Assembly (NCBI GenBank): GCA_944391405.1
Contig: CALXTN010000006.1
Coordinates: 13,885-77,884 of the forward strand
Direction of reading: 5' to 3'
DNA length: 64,000 nucleotides
Source: an uncultured Alphaproteobacteria bacterium
GTDB taxonomy: Bacteria > Pseudomonadota > Alphaproteobacteria > RF32 > CAG-239
Part shown: positions 55,030-63,977 of the stretch, one piece after another
How positions within the stretch are numbered: the stretch's first letter is position 1
Layout of the letters: every line of letters begins with the position of its first letter
Notes under the pieces: model-generated
The model's input: the letters and a program-made list of their open reading frames with translations, nothing else
Told to the model about the DNA's origin: nothing
The model's database searches: none
Program-made: the position numbers and the translations under genes

Positions 55030-56086
55030 TATTTCTTCCTTTCAATTCCCAAACTAAATTTCCCTGATAATAAAGTTTCAAAACATTACCGGAAACAACC
55101 CCGACATAATCGGAAAATTGAGTAATATAGTTTCCATTTTCATCATAAGGCCATCGACTAAATTTCGCATGCAAATAAGAAATAGCATTAAGAAATTCAT
55201 TATTTTCCCCATAATAGCTAACTAAAACATCATCATCAGCCGCCCCTTGTACCGCAACACAAGCTCGATATTGTGCATGGTGCATAATCACAGCGTTGTA
55301 AAGGTCATAATTAGTTTGAAAAAACAAACTTTCATCCAATATACTGCCCTCGGCAGGAGCAATTTGATTATAATCCAAAACGACCCCCAAATATCCGTTA
55401 GAAAATTTAATAAGGAAACCACGTCGAAAAGGCCCCGAAGTCATAAAGACATTACAACCAACAAATTTTTCCAAAGTACCCCAATCACCATAATCAATCT
55501 GTGTTTGCTCATCAAGTTGTAAAGAAATATCCAAAGTTTGATCATACTGAACAACAACAGAACCTTTCTGCAAAATATAACCATCCTTAAAAACTTGATA
55601 TTCGACTGTAGAATTTTTTAATACGCGCACAGAATTTCGTTGATATCCGTTAATAACAACAGTGGCATCAGAAGGAACCGTCTGAATAGAAAAAGTATAT
55701 AATTCACTTTTAGAAACTAATAAGACTTCAAGTTGCGTATCTTCCAAAACCACATAATTACCGCTTGTCTGCGAATAACCATCGCAACTAACTTCATAAT
55801 AAAGTTTATCACCGCGAGCCACCGTAATAGAAGTTCTCTCCACCCCATTAATTAAAACTTTAGCTTCAGCAGGCGTCGGTACAATTTGAAATAAAATATC
55901 ATCATCAAGCGGTGTTTGCGCAACAAAATGCGTACCACCGCGTCGTTTCAAACTCCCTTCCACCAAAGGAATAAAATTACGACAAAGCTTTGCTGTTTTA
56001 TCATATTTAGCAATATCCGTCCGCCCCTGCAACCATGGGCTAAGTTCCCCACCGTTAAATTGCATTCTAGTCGGTTTAATACTCAT
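55022..56086 (-). CDS. nozzle N-terminal fragment fused to two PEGA-like domains and an unknown ~170-aa domain
   Basis: MSIKPTRMQFNGGELSPWLQGRTDIAKYDKTAKLCRNFIPLVEGSLKRRGG parallels the T7 gp12 N-terminus (NLKGGISQQPDILRYPDQ...NGW...EGLQKRPP). Two ~60-aa units (VPTPAEAKVLINGV...DGY... and VPSDATVVINGY...DGY...) resemble PEGA domains. The stop overlaps the next ATG (ATGTCTAA). Confidence 0.55.
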   Translation of the reverse strand: MSIKPTRMQFNGGELSPWLQGRTDIAKYDKTAKLCRNFIPLVEGSLKRRGGTHFVAQTPLDDDILFQIVPTPAEAKVLINGVERTSITVARGDKLYYEVSCDGYSQTSGNYVVLEDTQLEVLLVSKSELYTFSIQTVPSDATVVINGYQRNSVRVLKNSTVEYQVFKDGYILQKGSVVVQYDQTLDISLQLDEQTQIDYGDWGTLEKFVGCNVFMTSGPFRRGFLIKFSNGYLGVVLDYNQIAPAEGSILDESLFFQTNYDLYNAVIMHHAQYRACVAVQGAADDDVLVSYYGENNEFLNAISYLHAKFSRWPYDENGNYITQFSDYVGVVSGNVLKLYYQGNLVWELKGRNNV

Positions 56087-56159
56087 CTACATTTCCCCCA
56101 AATAAAAAAAAAGCGCCCGCCAAACGGATACGCAACATCATAAAAAAAACTCAAAAAAG

Positions 56160-56756
56160 CTAATCACCCCAAACCTGACGTACTAACACCCAACTGTTAT
56201 CCGGCACTAATTCTGTATCCTTAGCAATTTCGTTATTCAGTTCAGCTTGTTGAACAAGAGTTAAGAATTCGTTTTCAAGAGCCTGTTTAAGGTTAAGAGA
56301 ATGTTTAATACGCATTGCAAGTTCTGCCGCAACTTTAGCGGCAACAGCTTCTCTAAACAAAGGAGGAAAAGGCATATCATCATCAACAATACGCACATAT
56401 TCAACATCAATACCATCATCAAGCATTGTCACAATGCAATTATTTGCCAATTCATATCCCTGCATTGCATAAGGACGCGGCTCGGTTAAATCTTTTATGG
56501 AAGCACCAAACACTTTCAGCAAAAGTAAACAATCTTTAGGCAATAGATACATAAATTTATCACCGTATTTTTCATCTAAACGCGCTAAACGTTTGGTTAT
56601 AACAGCGAATCTCCAAGGGTAAGAGGAAAGCAATAAATTTTTCACATCTTGATAAATAAGCTCATACGATTTACCAAAAGCGGCATCATAGAGCGAAGCA
56701 ACCGGCGGTTCACCGAGTTTAAGAAGCGCGCGGTTAATAATTTCAATCTTAGACAT
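56160..56756 (-). CDS. tail tubular protein A / adaptor (T7 gp11-like)
   Basis: ATG 56756 lies after GGAGG. INRALLKLGEPPVASL...SSYPWRFA...DDDMPFPPLFREAVAAKVA parallels T7 gp11 VNDILASIGEPPVSTL...SRGWTFN...YDEMPECFRYWIVTKAS. Confidence 0.7.
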   Translation of the reverse strand: MSKIEIINRALLKLGEPPVASLYDAAFGKSYELIYQDVKNLLLSSYPWRFAVITKRLARLDEKYGDKFMYLLPKDCLLLLKVFGASIKDLTEPRPYAMQGYELANNCIVTMLDDGIDVEYVRIVDDDMPFPPLFREAVAAKVAAELAMRIKHSLNLKQALENEFLTLVQQAELNNEIAKDTELVPDNSWVLVRQVWGD

Positions 56757-56771
56757 ACGACCTCCGAAAAA

Positions 56772-56807
56772 GGATAAAACAAAGAGGACGGACAAACGCC
56801 CGCCCTC
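56772..56807 (-). terminator. terminator-like hairpin after the capsid and decoration genes
   Basis: Minus-strand GAGG(g)CGG-N8-CCG(t)CCTC followed by TTTGTTTT. Confidence 0.4.
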
Positions 56808-56868
56808 CGGACTATGGACCTTTTCTTAATAATTTGAGACAAAATAATATACAAACGCCAAGCGAAAC

Positions 56869-57243
56869 TTAGCGAGCCAAATAACCTAAGGTCACACGAA
56901 TTTCGCCGGAATTGGAAGTATTAGAAGTAACCGACGCCGTAACAAAATCTTTTACATCAGCTGGTAATGTAGCCGTCGCCATCAATTCCCCATCTTCAAA
57001 AGATTTTGTTGCTTCAATAGACATAGAGAGCAATTCAGAAAAATCCCCTGTTTTAGTATCACCATGTTTAACGGTAATAGTCACACTATTAGAGATGGAA
57101 ACATCACCAACAGCAAAAGCGTTAACACACAAAGCACCTTGAGTAGAACCGGCCGCAACCACATCTCCCTCGGCAATAGAAGCTTGGTTAAGAGCACCTT
57201 TAGCCAAATCTTCATCATAAACTTTCAAAATATTGTTTAACAT
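56869..57243 (-). CDS. small capsid-associated (decoration/cement-like) protein
   Basis: 124 aa, beta-rich, immediately downstream of the major capsid gene. Assigned by position only. Confidence 0.4.
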   Translation of the reverse strand: MLNNILKVYDEDLAKGALNQASIAEGDVVAAGSTQGALCVNAFAVGDVSISNSVTITVKHGDTKTGDFSELLSMSIEATKSFEDGELMATATLPADVKDFVTASVTSNTSNSGEIRVTLGYLAR

Positions 57244-57267
57244 CCAAAAAAACTCCTAAAAAAGAGA

Positions 57268-58167
57268 TTACGCCAATTCAACAGCCTTTTCAGAACCGTT
57301 TTCAAAGTTATAAGAGGTAATAAAGCGAATACCGTTCCAAGCGGCAAAGCTACGGTTAACATCCATATCACCAGTCATTGTCTGCAACACGTTGCCTTTA
57401 TACTTATTGAGCATAGAAAGCACTTTCGGATGACAGAAGATATAAGTGGAGGCAGGTGTCGCTTTCGCATCGACCAACATATTGTCAATTTGTTCTGCTG
57501 TCGGAATATTATCGGCAGAAATATTAACAATAGCGGAAACGGCGTCTGGGTTAGCAAGTTGCATACCGATATAGCCTTTAATACGAACGCCATACCCAAG
57601 CAAGCCATTAGCGTTTTTATAGAGTTGACCTCCATTAATTGGAGTTGAATCTAAAAGACCGAAACGATTGATATTCTTAGCAGAATAAAGACCTGTCACT
57701 TCGCCAGGAACAAAACGCACCGCAACCATAGAGTAACATTTATCATCCGCACCGGCAGAAACAGCTTTACCATTTTCAACTGCATACGGGATAAAGTTAT
57801 CATAAATAATTTTCTTTTCAGCGGTTTCACCGGCGTGCTTCAAGAGAACAGGAACTTTCTTCGCAAAATATTCGGAAATACCGATAACGGCTGCTTTATC
57901 TTCCGGCACAAAGATTTCCCCACCCAAGATAGACAAGTCAATTTTCTTCAAATTAGAATCAACTTCCATTTCAGGCAACGGTTGGTTAATATCAATAAAG
58001 CCCGCACCGGAAATTTTTGCCACTTCTTCATAAGCGTTCCAAAGCCCGTGAGAAGAAGCCTCAAAACGCATATTATCCAAAATCGGAGAATCATTAGTTA
58101 AATAATCGACATAATGCTCTTGCTTTTGAGACAAAGCAACCGCAATTTCTTTTAATGTACCAGACAT
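57268..58167 (-). CDS. major capsid protein
   Basis: 299 aa, positioned between scaffold and decoration genes, with strong codon-usage regularity. Assignment rests on position and size. Confidence 0.65.
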   Translation of the reverse strand: MSGTLKEIAVALSQKQEHYVDYLTNDSPILDNMRFEASSHGLWNAYEEVAKISGAGFIDINQPLPEMEVDSNLKKIDLSILGGEIFVPEDKAAVIGISEYFAKKVPVLLKHAGETAEKKIIYDNFIPYAVENGKAVSAGADDKCYSMVAVRFVPGEVTGLYSAKNINRFGLLDSTPINGGQLYKNANGLLGYGVRIKGYIGMQLANPDAVSAIVNISADNIPTAEQIDNMLVDAKATPASTYIFCHPKVLSMLNKYKGNVLQTMTGDMDVNRSFAAWNGIRFITSYNFENGSEKAVELA

Positions 58168-58193
58168 TTAAAAAATCCTTTCAACAAACAAAA

Positions 58194-58919
58194 TTAATAG
58201 TCATTAAACATTTCTCTGAAATACTCAACCGCATTCCAATCATCGCCTTTATGACGTTTACCGAAGCTAATCGGATTGTCTTCCGAGATAGCCTCTCCCA
58301 AACGACAAAAGACTTCCATCATACGCTTGGTACCAATTGCCTTTTCAATTTCGGCAACAGTATTTTCATCATCGCAAAACATTCTGACGCCACGCTTCAT
58401 CAATTCCCAATTGCGTTGTGCGCGTGTCCCCCAAATACGTTTCATTTCTTTCATTTCTCGCAAAGAATTTTCCGCCCATGAGGTTTCGTTTTTTTCATTC
58501 AGTTCATCACGATGTTTTACATACCAATCATAGATAGCCTGTGCGGATTGCGGCAGAATATGATTTTCAAGACAAACTTGTTTAAAAGCTTCGCCGTCTT
58601 CCTTATCTTCATCGGCAAAGACAACATCAAAACAAGCGCAGTCTTGCGGCATTCCCAAACGGGAATAAAGTTTGTCCAAAGCTTTTTTATCGCCGTCCTT
58701 CGGCAAAGAAATTTTAGAAGAGAAAGCTCTTTCCAGTTCACGATAAGATTTGAGCAAATCGGCAGGAGTTTTAAAACCCTTCTTGTCAATATAATCCAAA
58801 TCCTCCGCGGACATTTCTCCCCAACCGGATTGTGCACGCAAAAAGTCTTTATCAAATTCAGACTTTAAGAAGTTATCGGAGGTAGTCTGCCCCTCCGGCT
58901 TTTTAGAATTCATCATCAT
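58194..58919 (-). CDS. scaffolding protein
   Basis: ATG 58919 (MMMNSKKPEG...) lies after GAGGGG. Acidic and helical, between portal and capsid. The ORF-track N-terminal extension to 59030 runs through terminator-like hairpins. Confidence 0.55.
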   Translation of the reverse strand: MMMNSKKPEGQTTSDNFLKSEFDKDFLRAQSGWGEMSAEDLDYIDKKGFKTPADLLKSYRELERAFSSKISLPKDGDKKALDKLYSRLGMPQDCACFDVVFADEDKEDGEAFKQVCLENHILPQSAQAIYDWYVKHRDELNEKNETSWAENSLREMKEMKRIWGTRAQRNWELMKRGVRMFCDDENTVAEIEKAIGTKRMMEVFCRLGEAISEDNPISFGKRHKGDDWNAVEYFREMFNDY

Positions 58920-58946
58920 TATAAATCCCCTCAAAAAATTAGCATC

Positions 58947-59027
58947 AAAAAAGGCAGCCTCAAACGAGCACTGCCTAAAAAAAACGTCAGATACGATGCG
59001 TAGAAAACGCCCACAAAAAAAGGACGT
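58947..59027 (-). terminator. two terminator-like hairpins plus U-tracts in the leader of the scaffold-capsid genes
   Basis: Minus strand: ACGTCC-tttttttgt-GGGCGT followed by TTTTCT (59007-59027), then a T8 tract, then AGGCAG-N13-CTGCCT followed by T6 (58947-58976). Confidence 0.45.
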
Positions 59028-59068
59028 CAACCACGCCCTAAAACAAACACTATATCCATTATGCAGTC

Positions 59069-59097
59069 ATCATAACTGAGCTCTGACAGGATGTCAA
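59069..59097 (-). promoter_or_regulatory. near-consensus sigma-70 promoter inside the phage late cluster
   Basis: Minus strand reads TTGACA-N17-TATGAT, between the 113-aa gene and the scaffold gene. Confidence 0.45.
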
Positions 59098-59133
59098 TAG
59101 GTTTGGAAACATTTTTGAAAATATTTTTTTACC

Positions 59134-59475
59134 TTAAACGTCCAAATCACGTTTCACATCATCGCCGTCACGCTGCAGTTTGGTAAACAAAGCAAACACT
59201 TCGGTTTCGGAAAGTGCCAAATATTTAATTAGCAAATCAAACATCCGCCTTTTGCCTAAAAGAAAAGACGCCGCATTCGGATCAAACCGATTTTGCGCAT
59301 CATAGAAATAAGGAACACCTCCGGCGCCGAGTTCGCCTCGAGCTCCCGCTTCGTCACGCAAAAATTCAATCACAATTTCCGCTTCGGGTTTTAATTTTCC
59401 GTTAGGCGTTAAAAAGAGTTTATGAAATGCTTTCACCAGTTCATGTTCACGCTTAATTTTCTTAAAAAACATCAT
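59134..59475 (-). CDS. phage hypothetical protein (113 aa) downstream of portal
   Basis: ORF track; 10-nt gap after the portal stop. Confidence 0.5.
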   Translation of the reverse strand: MMFFKKIKREHELVKAFHKLFLTPNGKLKPEAEIVIEFLRDEAGARGELGAGGVPYFYDAQNRFDPNAASFLLGKRRMFDLLIKYLALSETEVFALFTKLQRDGDDVKRDLDV

Positions 59476-59484
59476 TTTTCTCCT

Positions 59485-61188
59485 TTATGCTGAAGCTTTA
59501 TTAAGCAAAGCCGCAAGAGAAGCGTTTTGCGCTCCTGCTTGCGCACCGTTTTGTTGCTGTTGAAGAAGCGCTTGTTGTGGAGCCTGCTGTTGCATTAAGA
59601 GTTCCTGCACTTCGTCAGCGGTACGCACCACATCCGGACCAACACCATAATAGTCAGCGATTTTGCGGAGCGCTGCTTCGGTATCAAATACATTTAAGAT
59701 ATTCGGATTAGCCTGCGCCAAAGACGTTGCCGCCTCAATCGTTTTATAAAGTCCGACAATTGCGCCGGATTGCTGCATATGTACGGCAGGACATTCGAAT
59801 TGAATGGCAATGGAACCGTCATACATCAATTCATCCGGCACGTCGTCTAACACACCGTAAGAAGCCAAGATATCCAACTCGCGCTCAATATTACCGGCAA
59901 GCCATTCTGCGGAAATACGTTCACACATCGGAGCCAATAACATAGATTTTTCCATCTCGCGTTTTTCCACTTCGGTAGCGGTCATCTGCTTGGTTTGTGT
60001 AAGCGATTGGAACAAAGGAACCAAAAACGCTCTTTCAATCGCTGCCCGTACTTCACGTTGCATTTCAACCGTAATCGAGAGATTATTACCATATTGCATA
60101 GAAACGGCGGCGGGTTTGCCCTGATTATCCAAACCACCTCGGATAACCGCCCCCGCCGAACCGAGTTTATTCGTATCAATCAACCCCATATTGGTAAGAA
60201 TGGGCGGATTAGCCTGGAGCTGACCGGTACGAAGGATGGTCTTGCCCATTTCATTGGCGGTTAATAAATCATAAAACGCCTGCAGCGCCGGACTATCGCC
60301 ATAAGAGCTTCCGGCAATTCCCAAAAATCTCGGTGCCATATACGGACACGTGCGATACCCGCCGACATGAATAATACGCTTAGCCGCCATGTCTATGTGC
60401 ACACTGGCATATTTCATACCGTTAAAATCAACCGCATCAAGCGCATAGTCGTCACGCTCAAACACGGCGTGTAAAAACTTAAACATACGTTCAGGCGTAT
60501 TTTCCGCTGCTTGCAAAATATCGCCACGCAATGCATCGCCAAATTTTTTAGCGGCTTCTCCGGCGGTTAATTCATACTCACGAAAGACCGCGGCGATTTT
60601 TCCGCTGTCATCACGTTTAATATAAGCTTCCTTAACCGGAATAGTGCGATAAACAATTCCCTGCCCAACATTATCCTCAACCATCCATAACGCATGCCCA
60701 TAAATACCGAGCTGATTAAACAACAAATCACTTTCGGAAGCAAAATTGGAATAAGCCGAATAACGCACCCGAAAGAGTAAGTCGGTCGCTTTATCCAAAA
60801 ACTTTTTCACCCTAGAATTGTCGTCCAAATTCGGATCGACCGGTTTAAGCCTATGCCATTGAGACGTTGTCGGCGCAATCACCGATTTCATGCTGGAGCA
60901 AAAACAAGCTAAAGCGTTCCGCCCCGTGGTATCAAACACATTTTGGCGCACTCTCCCGCGGTTATCGGTCGTAAAGAGTTCCGATTCAACCGAACACATT
61001 TCCGCCGCCTTATCCCACATTGGCTCCCATTTAGCTCTTTCGGCTTTCATCGCATCCAAACGTTTCAAAATATTTTCCGCGTTAAACGCCGGTTTTTTGC
61101 GCACCAATCGCGATGCGGCAAATTGAAAATCATCCGCAAAAATATTCTCCGGATGAAATTCCGAAGAACGATTATCCAAATGTTCCAT
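59485..61188 (-). CDS. portal (head-to-tail connector) protein, podovirus/T7 gp8 type
   Basis: 567 aa. N-terminal block ERAKWEPMWDKAAEMC...VFDTTGRNALACFCSSMKSVIAPTTSQWHRLKP is typical of this portal family. The C-terminal tail is Q/A-rich. Confidence 0.75.
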   Translation of the reverse strand: MEHLDNRSSEFHPENIFADDFQFAASRLVRKKPAFNAENILKRLDAMKAERAKWEPMWDKAAEMCSVESELFTTDNRGRVRQNVFDTTGRNALACFCSSMKSVIAPTTSQWHRLKPVDPNLDDNSRVKKFLDKATDLLFRVRYSAYSNFASESDLLFNQLGIYGHALWMVEDNVGQGIVYRTIPVKEAYIKRDDSGKIAAVFREYELTAGEAAKKFGDALRGDILQAAENTPERMFKFLHAVFERDDYALDAVDFNGMKYASVHIDMAAKRIIHVGGYRTCPYMAPRFLGIAGSSYGDSPALQAFYDLLTANEMGKTILRTGQLQANPPILTNMGLIDTNKLGSAGAVIRGGLDNQGKPAAVSMQYGNNLSITVEMQREVRAAIERAFLVPLFQSLTQTKQMTATEVEKREMEKSMLLAPMCERISAEWLAGNIERELDILASYGVLDDVPDELMYDGSIAIQFECPAVHMQQSGAIVGLYKTIEAATSLAQANPNILNVFDTEAALRKIADYYGVGPDVVRTADEVQELLMQQQAPQQALLQQQQNGAQAGAQNASLAALLNKASA

Positions 61189-61242
61189 ACGAACCTCCCA
61201 AAATTAAAGAAACGCGGAAAAGTAGTTCCACGTTTCAGCCAC

Positions 61243-61270
61243 AAAAAAACCGGCTTGAGAAGCAAACCGG
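61243..61270 (-). terminator. intrinsic terminator between the membrane-protein pair and portal
   Basis: Minus-strand CCGGTTT-gcttctc-AAGCCGG followed by T7. Confidence 0.5.
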
Positions 61271-61294
61271 CTCATTAAAAAGAAAAATTAAAAA

Positions 61295-61597
61295 CTAGCC
61301 CACCAATACTTTACCGATAAGCATCACGCCGCACCAGGCCATATAAAGCCAAACAAACATCAGCGCAGATTTAATAAAATGTCGTTTATCCTCATTAACC
61401 AAACGCACATAGAGCAGTTTATGCAAAGAAAACGCCGCAATAAAAGCGATAGTAAACAACCCCATCAGCAACGCTTTTTGCAAGGATATGTTAAGACCGA
61501 GATTTGAAGCGAGTGCCCAAACCGTCCACATCGGCAACACCGCCACCCCTATGATAAAACATAAGATTGCTTTCCAATACATTTTGAATTTCATCAT
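61295..61597 (-). CDS. small 3-TM membrane protein (100 aa)
   Basis: ORF track. The C-terminal WLYMAWCGVMLIG resembles LYYLLWCGFMVMF of the upstream neighbour. Confidence 0.55.
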   Translation of the reverse strand: MMKFKMYWKAILCFIIGVAVLPMWTVWALASNLGLNISLQKALLMGLFTIAFIAAFSLHKLLYVRLVNEDKRHFIKSALMFVWLYMAWCGVMLIGKVLVG

Positions 61598-61608
61598 CTT
61601 CCGCCTTA

Positions 61609-61929
61609 TTACACCAACAAACTAAACATAACCATAAACCCGCACCACAAGAGATAATAAAGCACTCCCACGCCGACAAAACGGGCATATTCCGCCATAG
61701 GCATTTGCAGTTTCATGCTTTGGGTTAATTTGGCATAGACGGTCGTCAACGAAAAACCGCATCCGCCAATGGCGATAAACAGCACATAAACCCCGACAGC
61801 GCCAATCATCCAAAAATCCGCACCATCATCAATAAACAGCCCAAATAACAGTGCCGGCACGATTGAAGCCACATAATCAACCGCTGTCATCCTTTTGGCT
61901 TTAGAGGGATTATTCAAATTTGCGTTCAT
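61609..61929 (-). CDS. small 3-TM membrane protein (106 aa)
   Basis: ATG 61929 (MNANLNNPSKAKR...) lies after GGAGAA; the ORF track extension to 61995 lacks an SD. Confidence 0.55.
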   Translation of the reverse strand: MNANLNNPSKAKRMTAVDYVASIVPALLFGLFIDDGADFWMIGAVGVYVLFIAIGGCGFSLTTVYAKLTQSMKLQMPMAEYARFVGVGVLYYLLWCGFMVMFSLLV

Positions 61930-62016
61930 AGATTTCTCCACATAAAACAAACCATAAAACACAAATTTTATATCATCCCACCCTAAAAAAAGCAACGTTT
62001 TTTTTATCGCTCTTAT

Positions 62017-62211
62017 TTACGCACCGAGCGTCGTTTTACCGCCACCGGAACCATAAGAATTATCGTGTGATAAAAGTTGCGATACGGCGCCCATTTTCTT
62101 TTTGCGTTTACTTTCCAACTCACGCACTTCCTCAGAATTATCAACCACTTCAAGTTCCACCTCTTGCGGCTGCACCTGAACAACTTTCGGTTTAGAAAAA
62201 ACAGAACTCAT
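62017..62211 (-). CDS. small acidic/basic phage protein (64 aa)
   Basis: ORF track; lies directly after terL. Confidence 0.4.
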   Translation of the reverse strand: MSSVFSKPKVVQVQPQEVELEVVDNSEEVRELESKRKKKMGAVSQLLSHDNSYGSGGGKTTLGA

Positions 62212-62236
62212 CTCTGTACTCCTTTATAAAATTAAG

Positions 62237-63586
62237 TTAAAGATAAACGGAATCATCCACAAAATCCCCACCTGAAGAATGAGGTATTTTTAAAAGATAT
62301 TCCGCATTTTGAATAGCAAACGTGAGCGCCAACGCATCAGCAACATCGGTCGAACGCCCCAATCTCTTTTTAATCTCGGCTTTGGGTTCCAACTGCAACC
62401 GTCCGAGTGCATCAAACATCTTAAGCGGTGCGGTCAAATCTTCCACCAAGCCGGAAAATTCGGGCAAAGAAACCGGCAAAGGCGACGTCAACCATTGAGC
62501 AACTCTTGCCCACATTTCCGCCCGTCGGTTGACATAGCGCTCGGCATTATCAGCCCTCTCGCCAAAATTAACCGCAACAACATATTCAGCCAAGCCATTT
62601 GCCGCCAACACGTCATACACACCGGCCCCCAGCCCTCCCACATCAATACAAACTCTTGCCGGCTTATCTTCGGCAATAATAGAACTAATAAGATGCGCCA
62701 CCTGCACCACGTCAAGTTTTTGAAACGTTTTGAATTTTAAGACTTGTCTTCCTCGCCGATAGCAAATAGCTGTTTTGTCATCGCCGAAACGCGCCACATC
62801 AACCCCGATAATCAGCGGAGCGGTATCATCATTGATTTTAATATCGTTTTCAAACGCCCGATACACTTCCTCTCGTCCGATTAAATGATTGTCTGCAGAC
62901 AAGCGTGGTTCGCCTTCCCAAACATGTAGATATTCGCCATAATTTTCATTTTTCATCTTAAGCGCCAACCGTTTCATATTGTCGGGACAATACGGATTGT
63001 CATAATAGTTGACTTTACGAACAATCGTATCGCTGTCAGGATGCAGAGCAAGCGCCTTCCACACCGGATCGTTTTCCTCTTCACGATTAAGAGAAAGCCA
63101 AATTTCCGCATTGGGCTTACGAATGGTCGGGTCCAAAATTTGCCAGGCGCGTTCGGATATTTTCTGTGCTTCTTCACACCAACAAATATCCACCCCCTCA
63201 AGCGATTTAATATTTTGCGCATTGTGTTCCAAAATTCCCTTAAAGATAAATTTAGATTTATTTTTGAGGTTGACTATTTTATCTTCATAGAGGCGATATT
63301 CGTCGAGTTGATAAAAAGCAATTCTGTCGGCAATCAGCTTATAAACGGAATCTTTGATAGAGTTTTGCACCTCACGCACACAAGCGATTAAGAGTTTGCG
63401 ACTGGTTGCAAGCGTAAGCAGTGCATCGGCAAACGCATAAGATTTACCGCCGGCTCTTCCGCCGTAAAACATCTTATAGCGAGCTCTTGCCGTCAAGAGC
63501 TCCCGAAACGCCCTCGGCAGTTGCACTTTCATTTCTTTTTGTATTACCTTTACCATTTTAACACGCTTATTCAATTCGTTACACAA
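62237..63586 (-). CDS. terL: terminase large subunit
   Basis: Walker A-like YGGRAGGKSYA and nuclease-domain acidic residues (IGVDVARFGDD...). The start is uncertain: TTG 63586, or ATG 63556 or 63532. Confidence 0.85.
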   Translation of the reverse strand: MCNELNKRVKMVKVIQKEMKVQLPRAFRELLTARARYKMFYGGRAGGKSYAFADALLTLATSRKLLIACVREVQNSIKDSVYKLIADRIAFYQLDEYRLYEDKIVNLKNKSKFIFKGILEHNAQNIKSLEGVDICWCEEAQKISERAWQILDPTIRKPNAEIWLSLNREEENDPVWKALALHPDSDTIVRKVNYYDNPYCPDNMKRLALKMKNENYGEYLHVWEGEPRLSADNHLIGREEVYRAFENDIKINDDTAPLIIGVDVARFGDDKTAICYRRGRQVLKFKTFQKLDVVQVAHLISSIIAEDKPARVCIDVGGLGAGVYDVLAANGLAEYVVAVNFGERADNAERYVNRRAEMWARVAQWLTSPLPVSLPEFSGLVEDLTAPLKMFDALGRLQLEPKAEIKKRLGRSTDVADALALTFAIQNAEYLLKIPHSSGGDFVDDSVYL

Positions 63587-63977
63587 ATTTCACCACAATT
63601 TCCTTTAAGTTCCGTCCATCATCATTTTCATCATCTGTATTTTGCAACGTTGCCCAAATCGGCTCCGGACACGCCTTTTGCGCCAACCATTTTTCGGTTT
63701 CAATCAATAGTTTCGCGGTAGAATTATCTATTTCCCCACCTTTAAGTTCAGCCACAATTTTCCGAATATCATCTGTACAACTATCGGCATAGTCGGCGAG
63801 AGCCAACTTATACCCCTGTGAAAATGAGGGATTTGCAGCCGTTAACTCATAAAATCGCTTTGTTCCGATACCATTTTTTTGACATGCAGCAAAAAGTGAC
63901 GCTCCTTTACGTAGAGCATCAAACACCGCCATCAAAATCTCTTCATCATTTTTTACAACCTTTTTCCTTGCAACCAT
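63579..63977 (-). CDS. terS: terminase small subunit
   Basis: 132 aa with an N-terminal HTH-like segment (ALRKGASLFAACQKNGIGTKRFYEL). The gene overlaps terL. Confidence 0.65.
   Translation of the reverse strand: MVARKKVVKNDEEILMAVFDALRKGASLFAACQKNGIGTKRFYELTAANPSFSQGYKLALADYADSCTDDIRKIVAELKGGEIDNSTAKLLIETEKWLAQKACPEPIWATLQNTDDENDDGRNLKEIVVKFV

Noticed and set aside
58920-59030. N-terminal extension of the scaffold ORF, and analogous extensions at 6549-6680, 39775-39807, 42560-42679, 52410-52523, 56757-56795 and 61930-61995.
   Set aside because: The extensions lack SD sequences. They run through hairpin and U-tract structures or overlap the upstream gene. They have aberrant F/C/R-rich composition. 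Internal ATGs with good SD sequences give compact, non-overlapping operons.
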